Source: Casimicrobiaceae bacterium
GTDB taxonomy: Bacteria; Pseudomonadota; Gammaproteobacteria; Burkholderiales; Casimicrobiaceae
Assembly: GCA_035536655.1 (NCBI GenBank)
Contig: DATLNR010000134.1
Coordinates: forward strand, 34,846 to 98,845
Direction: 5' to 3'
DNA: 64,000 nucleotides
This document shows positions 1 through 9,581 of this stretch, in pieces. Under the pieces are notes generated by a model. That model did no database searches. It saw only the letters and a list, made by a program, of their open reading frames with translations, and was not told the DNA's origin. Position numbers and translations under genes: made by a program. Each line of letters begins with the position of its first letter. The stretch's first letter is position 1.

Positions 1-218
1 CCGTAGCGACCGAAATGGCCGCGCGCGTCGGGCAGGTCGTATGAAAGGTCGTCAGTCGCGCCGGGCCACCCCAAGCGGCTGACTGCGCCCCCTTGGGGGC
101 GGCGAGCAACGGGAGCGTGTGGGTCTCTCGTCAGTTCCGCCGGGCCGTCCCAAGGAACTGACTGCGCCCCCTCGGGGGGCAGCGAGCGACGCGAGCGTGG
201 GGGTCGTTTATCAGACAT
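1..218 (-). CDS. trpB: Tryptophan synthase beta chain, 5' part (runs off window), with a repeat-derived N-terminal extension
   Basis: Not in the ORF track. Manual translation from ATG at 218 (overlapping the trpF 3' end) is open to the edge: MSDKRPPRSRRSLPPEGAQSVPWDGPAELTRDPHAPVARRPQGGAVSRLGWPGATDDLSYDLPDARGHFGRYG. YDLPDARGHFGxYG is the typical betaproteobacterial TrpB N-terminus, and the gene follows trpF. Alternative start: TTG at 74. Confidence 0.88.
   Translation of the reverse strand, partial: MSDKRPPRSRRSLPPEGAQSVPWDGPAELTRDPHAPVARRPQGGAVSRLGWPGATDDLSYDLPDARGHFGRY
51..125. repeat. Palindromic REP-like element, copy 1
   Basis: gtcagtcgc(51-59)-g-ccgggccaccccaa-gcggctgac(75-83)-tgcgcccccttgggggcggcgagcaacgggagcgtgtgggtc; same architecture as copies 2 and 3. 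Confidence 0.85.
131..208. repeat. Palindromic REP-like element, copy 2
   Basis: tcagttcc(131-138)-gccgggccgtcccaa-ggaactga(154-161)-ctgcgccccctcggggggcagcgagcgacgcgagcgtgggggtcgtt. Confidence 0.85.
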
Positions 219-855
219 CTGCATTGCGCACTTCCCGGATGAACGCATCGACCTTCTGCGCGTCCTTGATGCCGGCCATCGGCCGGCCATTCGCATCGCG
301 CGCCTCGACGCCGCTCGACACATCGACGCCCCATGGCCGCGTCGCGCGAATCGCGGCCGCGACGTTAGCCGCGTTCAAGCCGCCCGATAGCACAACCGGA
401 CGCTCGAGCGTCGAGGGCAGCCGCGACCAATCGAAGGTCCGACCGGTGCCACCGGGTCGACCTTCCGCCGGCGGCGCGTCGAACAGCCATGCGGCAGCAT
501 CGCCATAGGAAGCGAGCGATTCTAGCAAACGGCCGCTTTGGTCGACGGCGAACGCCTTGAGGTAGCGACGGCCGAACGACCGGCACAGCGCAGGCGATTC
601 GTGGCCGTGGAACTGCAACACGTCGAGCGGCACGCGATCGAGCACGGCGCGCACTTCTTCCGCCGTTGGATCGACGAACAAGCCGACGATCGAAACGAGC
701 GGCGGCAATTCGTCGGCGATCGATCGCGCGCGCTCGATGTCGATGCGCCGCGGCGTTCCGGGCCAGAACACGAAGCCGATCGCGTCGGCGCCGGCTCGTG
801 CCGCGGCAATGCCGTCGTCGAGCCGCGTGATGCCGCAGATCTTGATTCGCGTCAC
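211..855 (-). CDS. trpF: Phosphoribosylanthranilate isomerase
   Basis: RIKICGIT, ADAIGFVF, LQFHG, VLSGGL and GVDVSSGVE motifs; lies between truA and trpB. Confidence 0.97.
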   Translation of the reverse strand: MTRIKICGITRLDDGIAAARAGADAIGFVFWPGTPRRIDIERARSIADELPPLVSIVGLFVDPTAEEVRAVLDRVPLDVLQFHGHESPALCRSFGRRYLKAFAVDQSGRLLESLASYGDAAAWLFDAPPAEGRPGGTGRTFDWSRLPSTLERPVVLSGGLNAANVAAAIRATRPWGVDVSSGVEARDANGRPMAGIKDAQKVDAFIREVRNADV

Positions 856-1001
856 GTCAGTCGCGCAGGGCGTGGCGCGAGCAGCCGGCGAGGGGCCCCA
901 CGCGTTGTCTCTGCGCGAGGATCGCGGCGTGGAAAGTCCAAACGCAAGGTCGACACGAGATGGCGGAATCGCCAGCTCACTGCCACTGTCCGTCCGAAGC
1001 C

Positions 1002-1066
1002 AGCCGCCCCAAGCGACTGACTGCGCCCCCCAGGGGGCAGCGACCGACGGGAGGGTGGGGGTCGTT
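1002..1066. repeat. Palindromic REP-like element, copy 3 (its 5' arm lies at 856-864)
   Basis: agccgccccaagcgactgactgcgccccccagggggcagcgaccgacgggagggtgggggtcgtt; gcgactgac (1013-1021) is the exact reverse complement of gtcagtcgc (856-864). Confidence 0.8.
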
Positions 1067-1069
1067 CAC

Positions 1070-1852
1070 CTAGAACGCAGGAACGTCACGACGCGTCGGC
1101 GGCAACGCGAAGCGATCGTCGTAATCCGCGCCGGTGAAGTACAGCCCGTGCGCCGGAAACGTCGCCGGTCCGCGCGTTCGATCACGCGCGTCGAGCAGCT
1201 CGCGCAGCGATGCAATCGATTTGGCGCCGGCGCCGATCGGGATCAGCGCGCCGATCATGTTGCGGATCATGTGATGCAGGAAGCCGTCGGCCGAGAAGTC
1301 GAAACGGATCAGATCGTGCTGCAGAGCGCAGACTCGCGCGACATGTAGCGTTCGCACCGGCGTCTTCGCCTGACACTCGGCGGCGCGAAACGAGCTGAAA
1401 TCGTGCTCACCGTTGACGCCGTCAAGGGCTCGTTGCATGGCCTCGACGTCGAGCGGCCGATGGTACCAGCCGACGCGTCCCGCGTTTAAGGCCGGCCGTT
1501 CGCCACGCATCAGCAGGAGATAGCTGTAATGACGGGCGCGTGCAGCGAACCGGGCGTGAAACTCGTCGATGGCAAGTGCAGCCCACAGGACGGCGATCGT
1601 CGGCGGCAGCATCGCATTGACACCTCGTACCCATGCTTGCAGCGGTCGCGAAGCCGACGTGTCGAAGTGCACGATCTGCGATGTCGCATGCACGCCGGCA
1701 TCGGTGCGACCCGCCGCCGACACGCGAACCGCTTGACCTGCGATCGACGCGATCGCACGTTCGAGCGCGTCCTGCACGGCGCAGCCGTCGGGCTGCGACT
1801 GGAAACCGCAGAAGTCGCGGCCATCGTATTCGACGGCAAGGGCGTAGCGCAT
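1070..1852 (-). CDS. truA: tRNA pseudouridine(38-40) synthase
   Basis: MRYALAVEYDG...GFQSQ, AGRTDAGVHA catalytic motif, HDFSSFRAAECQAK, FLHHMIRN. Start trimmed from the 2083 ORF start. Confidence 0.97.
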   Translation of the reverse strand: MRYALAVEYDGRDFCGFQSQPDGCAVQDALERAIASIAGQAVRVSAAGRTDAGVHATSQIVHFDTSASRPLQAWVRGVNAMLPPTIAVLWAALAIDEFHARFAARARHYSYLLLMRGERPALNAGRVGWYHRPLDVEAMQRALDGVNGEHDFSSFRAAECQAKTPVRTLHVARVCALQHDLIRFDFSADGFLHHMIRNMIGALIPIGAGAKSIASLRELLDARDRTRGPATFPAHGLYFTGADYDDRFALPPTRRDVPAF

Positions 1853-1872
1853 CGAAGCGTCCCGGGATGCCC

Positions 1873-1905
1873 AAAAAAGACGGCGGGTCGCTACCCCCGC
1901 CGTCT
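1873..1905 (-). terminator. Intrinsic terminator after fimV
   Basis: Minus strand AGACGGCGGG-GGTAGCGA-CCCGCCGTCT-TTTTT: 10-bp stem plus U tract. Confidence 0.8.
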
Positions 1906-1929
1906 CACCCCTCGTGAACTGTCGCGCCG

Positions 1930-4647
1930 TTAAGCGAGCTTGGCCAAGAGCGCGTTCGCCTCGCTTTTCTGCTGATCGTCGCCTTCGTGCAGCACTTCCT
2001 GCAGGATCTCGCGCGCGCCTTCCATGTCGCCCATCTCCTGGTACGCCTTGGCGAGATCGAGCTTGGTCGCGGCGTCGTGCCACTGCCCGTCGAGCACGGA
2101 CGGCGTCGGATCCTCGAACGTCGCGCGCTCCGGATCAAAGCCCAGGTCGAGCTTGTCGAGCTCGATCGCGGCAACCGGCCGCGTGAGCGACGAACCCCCC
2201 AACGGGCCGGATTCGGCGACGCCGTGACCGACCGGCACTGCAGGTTCCCGACGCGCCATCGGCTCCGGCTTCTCGTCGTCGTCGAGCCGGAAATCGAAAT
2301 CGAGCTTGTCGGCGACTTCGCGACGCACCGCCTCGACCTTCTGCTCCATCGGCGAAGGCGGCGTCGCTGCGCGCGCCGTGGTCATCGAGCCCGCGAGCGC
2401 TGCAGCGGAAGCCGCGGACGCGGCGCTTCCCACGCGGGCCTTGTCGGAGGTGAAATCGAGATGCTCGCCTGCACGCTGGATCGTCGTCGGGCCTTGCTCG
2501 AACGCGATCGGCGATACGCTGTTCGTGCCTGACGTCGGCGCGATCGAGATCTCCTCGTCGAGCTGGAAGTCGAGCACATCCGGCTTGCCCGGCACCTTGA
2601 CCGGCGTAATGTCGGGGGCGAACGAAGTCGCTCCCGCCGCTGCTGCGGCGCCGCCGGTTGCAGCCGCCACGTGCACCGGCGGCATCGCACCGCCCTCGGC
2701 GAACATCGGGTTGTTCGGATCGAGCTGACGACCCAGCGCGACCGCCTTCTGCCAAACCTCACCCTGCCCCTGGCTCACCGCGTAAAGCTCGGAAGCGACC
2801 GTCTCGAACGCCGACGGCTTGTTGTGCTGCGCGTGGATCTCGAGCAGCTTCAGATAGATCTCCTGCCGTTGCGGATCCTTCTTCAACGCGTCCTTCAGGA
2901 TCTCTTCGGCTTGCGCATCGCGGCCGTAGGCGAGGTACACCTCGGCTTCGGCGATCGGATCGACTTCGTCGGTGTCGATGTTGCCCAGGCCCTCGCGGCT
3001 GAAGTCGCTCGCGAGCGAATTCTCGCCAGTGTTGACGACGCCGCCGCCGGTCGATCCGAAGACCGTGTTCGTCTTGATGTCGGTGCCGGAGATGATGCTG
3101 TCTTCGAACTTGGTCGTCTTGCGACGGCGCGCAGCGACCAGCGCAGCGATCCCTCCGAGAAGCGCGAGCGCGCCGGCGCCGATGACCCACGTCGGCGTAT
3201 TCGTCATCAGGTCGTCGAAGAACGAAGGCTCCGCCTTCGGCGCGGGCTTCGCCGTGACGACAGGCGCAGGCGCCGGCTTGACCGGCGGCACGACAGCCGG
3301 AATCGGCGCGGGCTCCGGCGCCTTCACCGGTTCGGCGGCCTTCGGCGGCTCCGCGGCCTTGATCGGTTCGGGTGCCTTGACCGGCTCGGCCGCCTTCGGC
3401 GGTTCCGGCTTTATCGGTGCGGGCGTGACCGTCGGTGCTGGCGGCGTCGTCACCACGGGCGGTGCCGTCGCGACCGGCGGGATCACTGGCGTCGGTGTCG
3501 TTGTCACCGGCGGCGCGACCGTCGGCGCGGGCGCCTTCCCCTTCGCCGCATCGGCCTGCGTCTGCGCCTGCGCGAGCGTTTGGCTTCGCAGCTCCAACGC
3601 ACGCTTCATGTCGGCGACGGTCTTCTCGAGATCGGCGATCCGCGCGTTCGCCTCGGCAAGCTGCTTGTTGCGCGCCACGGCGTCCTCGGCGGCGCTCGCG
3701 CCACCGCGACCGACACCCGCCTCGCGCGAAACGCGCACCTGATCACGACCGGCTGGCGGAGCGCCGGCGCGGTCTTCGACCGCGGCTCCGATCCGTCCAC
3801 CTGCGGCCCGCGTCCCGCTGCCGTCGACGGACGGTGCCGCCGCCGCGACGCGATCGCGATAAGCGCGCCAGTCCGAAGCCTGCACGCGGACGACGCGTGA
3901 CGCTTCCACGGGCTGCGCCGACGAAGCTTCCTGCGCGCTGGGGATCGCAACGATCGCACCGCTGCGCAGCCGGTTCATGTTGTTGCCGTCGAACGCATTC
4001 GCGTTCGCATTGAACAGCGCAACCAGCATCTGCTCGAGCGTCACGTCGCTCGGCTTGTACTGGTTGGCGATCTTCGAAAGCGTTTCGCCGCGCTGCACGA
4101 CATGGCCGTCCGCAGGTGCCGTGGCCGGCGCAGCAGCCGCCGCGGTGCGCCCGACCGGCGCAGGCGCTTGTGGAGCCGCCGCGGTCGTCGTCGTGGGCGC
4201 ACCGACGCGCGCCGGCGCGACCGGGTCGACGGTGGCCATCGTCGCCTGTCCCGGCGGATCGAGCAGGAACGTGTATTCGCGCACCACGCGGCCCGACGCC
4301 CAGCTGACGTCGACCATCAGATCGAGATACGGCTCGTTGACCGGCGTCGGCGACGTGACGCGGAGCATCGCCCGGCCATCGGGCGTCCGCTCGACGGAGA
4401 TGCGGGCGCGCGACAGCACACCTTGGTAGCTCAGGTTGTTCTGGCGGTACAGCGACGGATCGGCGATCTTCGCCTGCAACGAATCGAGTTCTTCCCGCGT
4501 CGCCGAAGCGAGGTCGATCTGCGCCACGAGCGGCTGACCAAGCGCGGAGGTCACCGTCAGCTTGCCCAGAGCCAGCGCGTACACGGGCACCGGGAGCGCC
4601 AGCGCGCTCGCGACCAGCGTCAACGTGAAAAGGGGTTTTGCTCGCAT
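1930..4647 (-). CDS. fimV: FimV/HubP family polar landmark protein
   Basis: Signal peptide, ALGKLTVTSALGQPL N-domain, LysM (HVVQRGETLSKIA), coiled coil, Pro/Ala linker, TM segment, DPIAEAEVYLAYGR TPR domain and C-terminal ATKLDLAKAYQEMGD motif; classic asd-fimV-truA synteny. Confidence 0.95.
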   Translation of the reverse strand: MRAKPLFTLTLVASALALPVPVYALALGKLTVTSALGQPLVAQIDLASATREELDSLQAKIADPSLYRQNNLSYQGVLSRARISVERTPDGRAMLRVTSPTPVNEPYLDLMVDVSWASGRVVREYTFLLDPPGQATMATVDPVAPARVGAPTTTTAAAPQAPAPVGRTAAAAAPATAPADGHVVQRGETLSKIANQYKPSDVTLEQMLVALFNANANAFDGNNMNRLRSGAIVAIPSAQEASSAQPVEASRVVRVQASDWRAYRDRVAAAAPSVDGSGTRAAGGRIGAAVEDRAGAPPAGRDQVRVSREAGVGRGGASAAEDAVARNKQLAEANARIADLEKTVADMKRALELRSQTLAQAQTQADAAKGKAPAPTVAPPVTTTPTPVIPPVATAPPVVTTPPAPTVTPAPIKPEPPKAAEPVKAPEPIKAAEPPKAAEPVKAPEPAPIPAVVPPVKPAPAPVVTAKPAPKAEPSFFDDLMTNTPTWVIGAGALALLGGIAALVAARRRKTTKFEDSIISGTDIKTNTVFGSTGGGVVNTGENSLASDFSREGLGNIDTDEVDPIAEAEVYLAYGRDAQAEEILKDALKKDPQRQEIYLKLLEIHAQHNKPSAFETVASELYAVSQGQGEVWQKAVALGRQLDPNNPMFAEGGAMPPVHVAAATGGAAAAAGATSFAPDITPVKVPGKPDVLDFQLDEEISIAPTSGTNSVSPIAFEQGPTTIQRAGEHLDFTSDKARVGSAASAASAAALAGSMTTARAATPPSPMEQKVEAVRREVADKLDFDFRLDDDEKPEPMARREPAVPVGHGVAESGPLGGSSLTRPVAAIELDKLDLGFDPERATFEDPTPSVLDGQWHDAATKLDLAKAYQEMGDMEGAREILQEVLHEGDDQQKSEANALLAKLA

Positions 4648-4987
4648 GCCGATCCCTCGAGGGAAATTCGTCGTGTTGGCGCGTACTTGGCGACGTTAGC
4701 ATCATGGATTTAGCTCCGCAAGCTAAACCCCCGTCTGAGCTTGAGATTTCGCCCTTCCGCGTTGTGGTCTACGCAAGCTTTATGCCGACGTGCCGACGAG
4801 CGGTTTTCGGATGCTCGCGGTGGGGCTCACAACTGCCGTTTTCGTTGGCCGTTTTAAGGGCGACGGCGTACGAACGGTCGTTGCATGACCTGATCGTTTC
4901 GTCGCGAGAGGCGGGGCGCGATGGTCGAAACCGCCTAGAAAGTGCCGCACCACGGCACGAGCCGCGTACGGTCACGCTTCGTGTCGC

Positions 4988-6109
4988 CTATCGTTCGAGA
5001 AGGATCCGCAGCATGCGTCGCAGCGGTTCGGCCGCTCCCCACAACAGCTGGTCGCCGACGGTGAAAGCCGACACGTAACCCGGGCCAACATCGAGCTTGC
5101 GAAGCCGGCCGATCGGAATGTCGAGCGTGCCGGTCACCGCCGTCGGCGTGAGCTTGCGCATACTGTCCTCGCGTGTGTTGGGAACGACCCGCACCCACTC
5201 ATTGGCGCTGGCAAGCCCGCGCTCGATCGCTTCGAGCGGTAGATCCTCGCGTAGCTTGATCGTCAGCGCCTGCGAGTGACAGCGCATCGCGCCGACCCGC
5301 ACGCAAATCGACTCGACCGGAATCGTCGCGGGCCGGCCCGCTGTTCCGCGTCCGAGGATCTTGTTCAGTTCCGCGCCGCCCTTCCACTCTTCCTTCGACA
5401 TGCCGTTGCCGAGATCCTTGTCGATCCATGGAATCAAGCTGCCGGCGAGCGGAACGATCGTGTGCTCGGTCGGCAGTGCGCGATCGCGCAACGTCGCGGC
5501 AACATCGCGATCGATCTCGAGGATCGACGAAGCGGGATCGGCAAGCAACGTATGCGCGGCCTCGTGCGCGGCGCCCATCTGCACGAGCAACTCGCGCATG
5601 GCTTGCGCGCCTGCACCCGACGCAGCCTGATACGTCATGCACGTGACCCACTCGATCAGGTCGCGCTCGAGCAGTCCGGCCACCGCCATCATCATCAAGC
5701 TCACGGTGCAGTTGCCGCCGATGTAGTTGCGCACGTTCGCGCGCAATGCGGCGTCGATGACGGTGCGATTGACCGGATCGAGGATGATGACGGCATCCTC
5801 GTTCATGCGCATTGCACTCGCCGCGTCGATCCAGTAGCCGTCGAATCCCGCCGCGCGCAATTTCGGATACATCGCCTGCGTCCAGTCGCTGCCCTGGCAG
5901 GTGACGATGGCGTGAAGGCCGGCGAACGCTTTCGGATCGTTCGCGTCGAACAGCGCGGTTGCCTTGCCTGCAATCGTTGGCCCGCGAGCGCCCTTGGCCG
6001 ACGTCGAGAAGAACCGCGGCTCGATGTGCTCGAAATCACGCTCCTCGTGCATGCGCGCAAGGAGCACGGAGCCGACCATGCCGCGCCAACCAACGATTCC
6101 AACCTTCAT
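4988..6109 (-). CDS. asd: Aspartate-semialdehyde dehydrogenase
   Basis: [21 protein letters not shown] catalytic Cys, [25 protein letters not shown]. Confidence 0.98.
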   Translation of the reverse strand: MKVGIVGWRGMVGSVLLARMHEERDFEHIEPRFFSTSAKGARGPTIAGKATALFDANDPKAFAGLHAIVTCQGSDWTQAMYPKLRAAGFDGYWIDAASAMRMNEDAVIILDPVNRTVIDAALRANVRNYIGGNCTVSLMMMAVAGLLERDLIEWVTCMTYQAASGAGAQAMRELLVQMGAAHEAAHTLLADPASSILEIDRDVAATLRDRALPTEHTIVPLAGSLIPWIDKDLGNGMSKEEWKGGAELNKILGRGTAGRPATIPVESICVRVGAMRCHSQALTIKLREDLPLEAIERGLASANEWVRVVPNTREDSMRKLTPTAVTGTLDIPIGRLRKLDVGPGYVSAFTVGDQLLWGAAEPLRRMLRILLER

Positions 6110-6224
6110 GCGGACACCCTGATACCCGGGCCGGTGTCAAAGCCGTTTTGACCCGCCCCGTCTTTCTGGCCTGCTGGCACTTCGTGCCAACGCTCGCAGG
6201 GTGGAAGCGGAGGCCACGCGACCG

Positions 6225-6341
6225 TCAGGTCGTCTTGGTCGTCGCTTTTTTCGTGCCTGCGACGGGCGTGCGCGAACCGTCCTTCCGACGAACGGTGAAA
6301 GAACGAGAAACAATGGCGCACGGACGCATGACCACGATCAT
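6225..6341 (-). CDS. Putative Thr/Lys-rich leader peptide upstream of asd (38 aa)
   Basis: ATG overlaps the leuB stop (ATGA). Reads [38 protein letters not shown], followed by several hairpins before asd. Translation is inferred. Confidence 0.45.
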   Translation of the reverse strand: MIVVMRPCAIVSRSFTVRRKDGSRTPVAGTKKATTKTT

Positions 6342-7405
6342 AGCATCAGCGCGGCAATGACCGCGTCGCCCATCGCGCGCGTGCCGATCGCGTCGCGGGC
6401 ACCGGCGATGTCGGCAGTGCGATGGCCGGCAGCAAGCACCGAACGCACGGCTCGCTCGATGCGGTCCGCAACGTCTGCGCGGTTGAACGTGTAGCGGAAC
6501 ATCATCGCAAGCGAGAGGATCGTCGCCAGCGGATTCGCCTTGTCGCGCCCGGCAATGTCCGGCGCCGACCCGTGGATCGGCTCGTACAATCCCTTGCCGC
6601 GCGCGTCGAGCGATGCCGAGGGAAGCATGCCGATCGAGCCGGCGAGCATCGACGCCTCGTCGGACAGAATGTCGCCGAACAGGTTGCCGGTGACGATGAC
6701 GTCGAACTGCTTCGGATTGCGCACGAGCTGCATCGCGGCGTTGTCGACGTACATGTGCGTAATGTCGATGTCCGGATAGTCGCGCGCGACTCTCGTCACC
6801 ACTTCGCGCCACAAGATCGACGTGTCGAGGACGTTTGCTTTGTCGACCGAAGTCAGGCGGCGCGAGCGCTTTGCCGCAATGTCGAAACCGACGCGCGCGA
6901 TGCGAACGATTTCCGACTCGCTGTAGCGCATAGTGTCGAAGCCTTCCGCTTCGCCGCTTGCGTTCGTGCGACGGCCGCGCGGCGTGCCGAAATAAACGTC
7001 ACCGGTCAACTCGCGCACGATCATCAAGTCGAGGCCGGCGACGACGTCGTGCTTCAGCGTCGATGCGGCGGCAAGCTCGGGGAACAACATCGCCGGCCGC
7101 AGGTTTGCGAAGAGCTCGAGCGACTTGCGCAGTGCGAGCAGCGCCTGCTCGGGCCGAAGCTCGCGCGGCGCCGTGTCGTACTTCGGGCCGCCGACTGCGC
7201 CCATCAGGATCGCGTCGGCCGATTGTCCGAGCGCGAGTGTCGCCGGCGGCAGCGGATGACCGGAGGCATCGTAAGCGGCACCACCGATGTCGGCCGTTTC
7301 CGTTTCGAGCGGCATGCCAGCGCGACGCAGCGCGTCGATGACGCGCAACGCCTGCCCAACGATTTCGGGACCGACGCCGTCGCCGGGCAGAACGGCGATC
7401 TTCAC
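6338..7405 (-). CDS. leuB: 3-isopropylmalate dehydrogenase
   Basis: [42 protein letters not shown]. Confidence 0.98.
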   Translation of the reverse strand: MKIAVLPGDGVGPEIVGQALRVIDALRRAGMPLETETADIGGAAYDASGHPLPPATLALGQSADAILMGAVGGPKYDTAPRELRPEQALLALRKSLELFANLRPAMLFPELAAASTLKHDVVAGLDLMIVRELTGDVYFGTPRGRRTNASGEAEGFDTMRYSESEIVRIARVGFDIAAKRSRRLTSVDKANVLDTSILWREVVTRVARDYPDIDITHMYVDNAAMQLVRNPKQFDVIVTGNLFGDILSDEASMLAGSIGMLPSASLDARGKGLYEPIHGSAPDIAGRDKANPLATILSLAMMFRYTFNRADVADRIERAVRSVLAAGHRTADIAGARDAIGTRAMGDAVIAALML

Positions 7406-7426
7406 GGGTCGTGGGTTTCGCGGGAC

Positions 7427-8065
7427 CTACTTGAGCCACGGCTGCTGGTGCAGCCGCTTCGCCTCGAACGCACCGATCTCGTCGGCGTGCGCGAGCGTGA
7501 GCCCGATCTCGTCGAGACCGTTGGTGAGGCATTGCTTGCGGAACGCGTCGATGTCGAACGGAAACGTCGTCGAACCGTCCGGCGTCGACACGACTTGCGC
7601 CGGCAGGTCGATCGTGAGCTTGAAGCCGGGAAACACTGCCGTGTCGGCGAACAGTCGCGACACGGCGCTGTCCGGCAGCACGATCGGCAGCAGGCCGTTC
7701 TTGTAGCAGTTGTTGAAGAAGATGTCGGCGAACGACGGCGCGATGATCGCGCGAAAGCCGTAGTCGGCGAGCGCCCAGGGCGCATGCTCGCGCGAGCTGC
7801 CGCACCCGAAGTTCTCGCGCGCAAGCAGGATCGACGCGCCGCGATAGCGCGGCTCGTTCAGCACGAAGTCGGGGTTCGCCCGGCGCGTCGCGTTCTCCCT
7901 GCCCGGCTCGCCGTGGTCGAGATAGCGCCACGCGTCGAACAGGTTCGGACCAAAGCCCGAGCGCTTGATCGATTTGAGGAACTGCTTCGGGATGATTGCG
8001 TCGGTGTCGACGTTCGCGCGATCGAGTGGCGCGGCGAGGCCGGTGTGAACGGTGAAGGGTTGCAT
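7427..8065 (-). CDS. leuD: 3-isopropylmalate dehydratase small subunit
   Basis: [35 protein letters not shown]. Confidence 0.98.
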   Translation of the reverse strand: MQPFTVHTGLAAPLDRANVDTDAIIPKQFLKSIKRSGFGPNLFDAWRYLDHGEPGRENATRRANPDFVLNEPRYRGASILLARENFGCGSSREHAPWALADYGFRAIIAPSFADIFFNNCYKNGLLPIVLPDSAVSRLFADTAVFPGFKLTIDLPAQVVSTPDGSTTFPFDIDAFRKQCLTNGLDEIGLTLAHADEIGAFEAKRLHQQPWLK

Positions 8066-8072
8066 GCGTGAA

Positions 8073-9479
8073 CTAGAGCCGACGCACGTCGACGAAATGA
8101 CCTTCGAGCGCCGCCGCCGCGGCCATCGCCGGGCTGACGAGATGCGTGCGGCCGCCCGCGCCCTGCCGGCCTTCGAAATTGCGATTCGACGTCGACGCGC
8201 AGCGCTCGCCCGGCTCGAGCCGGTCGTCGTTCATCGCGAGGCACATCGAGCAGCCGGGCTCTCGCCATTCGAAGCCGGCGTCGCGGAACACGCGATCGAG
8301 ACCTTCGCTCTCCGCTTGCGCTTTGACGAGCCCGGAACCCGGAACGACCAGCGCGAGTTTGACCGACGGCGCGACGCGCCGCCCGCGTGCAACCGCCGCC
8401 GCTTCGCGCAGGTCCTCGATGCGCGAGTTCGTGCACGAGCCGATGAAGACCTTGTCGATCGCAATCGAGCCGATCGGCGTGTTCGGCTCGAGCCCCATGT
8501 AGGCGAGCGCCTTCTCGAGACTGGTCCGGCGTGTCGCATCGCGGACCTTGTCGGGATCCGGCACGCGGCCGTCGATCGGCGCGACCATTTCGGGCGACGT
8601 GCCCCACGTCACTTGCGGCGTGATCTCCGCCGCGTCGAACACGTGCGTCGTGTCGAACGTCGCGCCCTCATCGGTCACGAGCGTTCGCCAGAAGGCGACG
8701 GCGCGATCCCATGTTTCGCCCGCAGGCGCAAGCGGCCGGCCGCGCAGGTAGTCGATCGTCGCGTCGTCGACGCCGATAAGGCCCGCTCGCGCGCCGGCCT
8801 CGATCGTCATGTTGCAAAGCGTCATCCGCGCTTCCATCGACAACGCGCGAATTGCGCTGCCGGCATACTCGATTGCATGACCCGTACCGCCCGCCGTGCC
8901 GATGCGACCGATGATCGACAGCGCAAGGTCCTTCGCCGTGACGCCGCTCTTGAGCCGCCCGTCGACGCGGATCAGCATGCGCTTCGCCTTCTTCATCAGC
9001 AGGCACTGCGTCGCGAGCACGTGCTCGACTTCGGATGTGCCGATGCCGAACGCGAGCGCGGCGAATGCGCCGTGCGTGCTGGTGTGCGAATCGCCGCAGA
9101 CGACGGTCATGCCGGGAAGCGTCGCGCCGTTCTCCGGTCCGATGACGTGCACGATGCCCATGCGCCGATCGCGAAACGGGAAGTACGCCTTGGCGCCGGT
9201 CGCCCGCACGTTCGCGTCGAGCGTCTCGACCTGCGTGCGCGAGACCGGATCGCGGATGCCCTCGTTCCAGTCCTTCGTCGGTGTGTTGTGATCGGTCGTG
9301 GCAACGATCGACGAAACGCGCCAGGGCTTGCGACCCGCAAGCCGCAGTCCTTCGTACGCCTGCGGACTGGTCACCTCGTGCACCAGATGCCGGTCGATGT
9401 AGACGAGCGCCGTGCCGTCGCTTTCGGTGCGGACGACGTGGCTGTCGAACAACTTGTCGTAGAGGGTGTAGCGCGGCAT
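8073..9479 (-). CDS. leuC: 3-isopropylmalate dehydratase large subunit
   Basis: [53 protein letters not shown]. Start set at MPRYTL. Confidence 0.98.
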   Translation of the reverse strand: MPRYTLYDKLFDSHVVRTESDGTALVYIDRHLVHEVTSPQAYEGLRLAGRKPWRVSSIVATTDHNTPTKDWNEGIRDPVSRTQVETLDANVRATGAKAYFPFRDRRMGIVHVIGPENGATLPGMTVVCGDSHTSTHGAFAALAFGIGTSEVEHVLATQCLLMKKAKRMLIRVDGRLKSGVTAKDLALSIIGRIGTAGGTGHAIEYAGSAIRALSMEARMTLCNMTIEAGARAGLIGVDDATIDYLRGRPLAPAGETWDRAVAFWRTLVTDEGATFDTTHVFDAAEITPQVTWGTSPEMVAPIDGRVPDPDKVRDATRRTSLEKALAYMGLEPNTPIGSIAIDKVFIGSCTNSRIEDLREAAAVARGRRVAPSVKLALVVPGSGLVKAQAESEGLDRVFRDAGFEWREPGCSMCLAMNDDRLEPGERCASTSNRNFEGRQGAGGRTHLVSPAMAAAAALEGHFVDVRRL

Positions 9480-9581
9480 GGGGATCAACCGCAGGGGCGT
9501 GCGAACGTTATTTGAAAAGCCTAGCACACCCGTTGGCGGCGACTGCGGCTATGCTTCGTGCGCTTCAGAAGAGCACGAACG

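Noticed and set aside
51-208. Repeats near trpB as a possible CRISPR array
   Set aside because: Only two adjacent, divergent ~75-bp copies with a 5-nt gap; no spacers and no cas genes.
3230-3560. Tandem EPxKAA/PAP repeats in fimV
   Set aside because: Ordinary low-complexity linker typical of FimV; not CRISPR or a contingency repeat.
2671-3900. 409-aa plus-strand ORF and similar long ORFs (6422..8071, 8052..9515, 16668..18317, 18496..20211, 25367..26773, 32501..33925, 50633..52690)
   Set aside because: Antisense shadows of well-supported genes; stop codons are rare in these frames at high GC, and no protein motifs are present.
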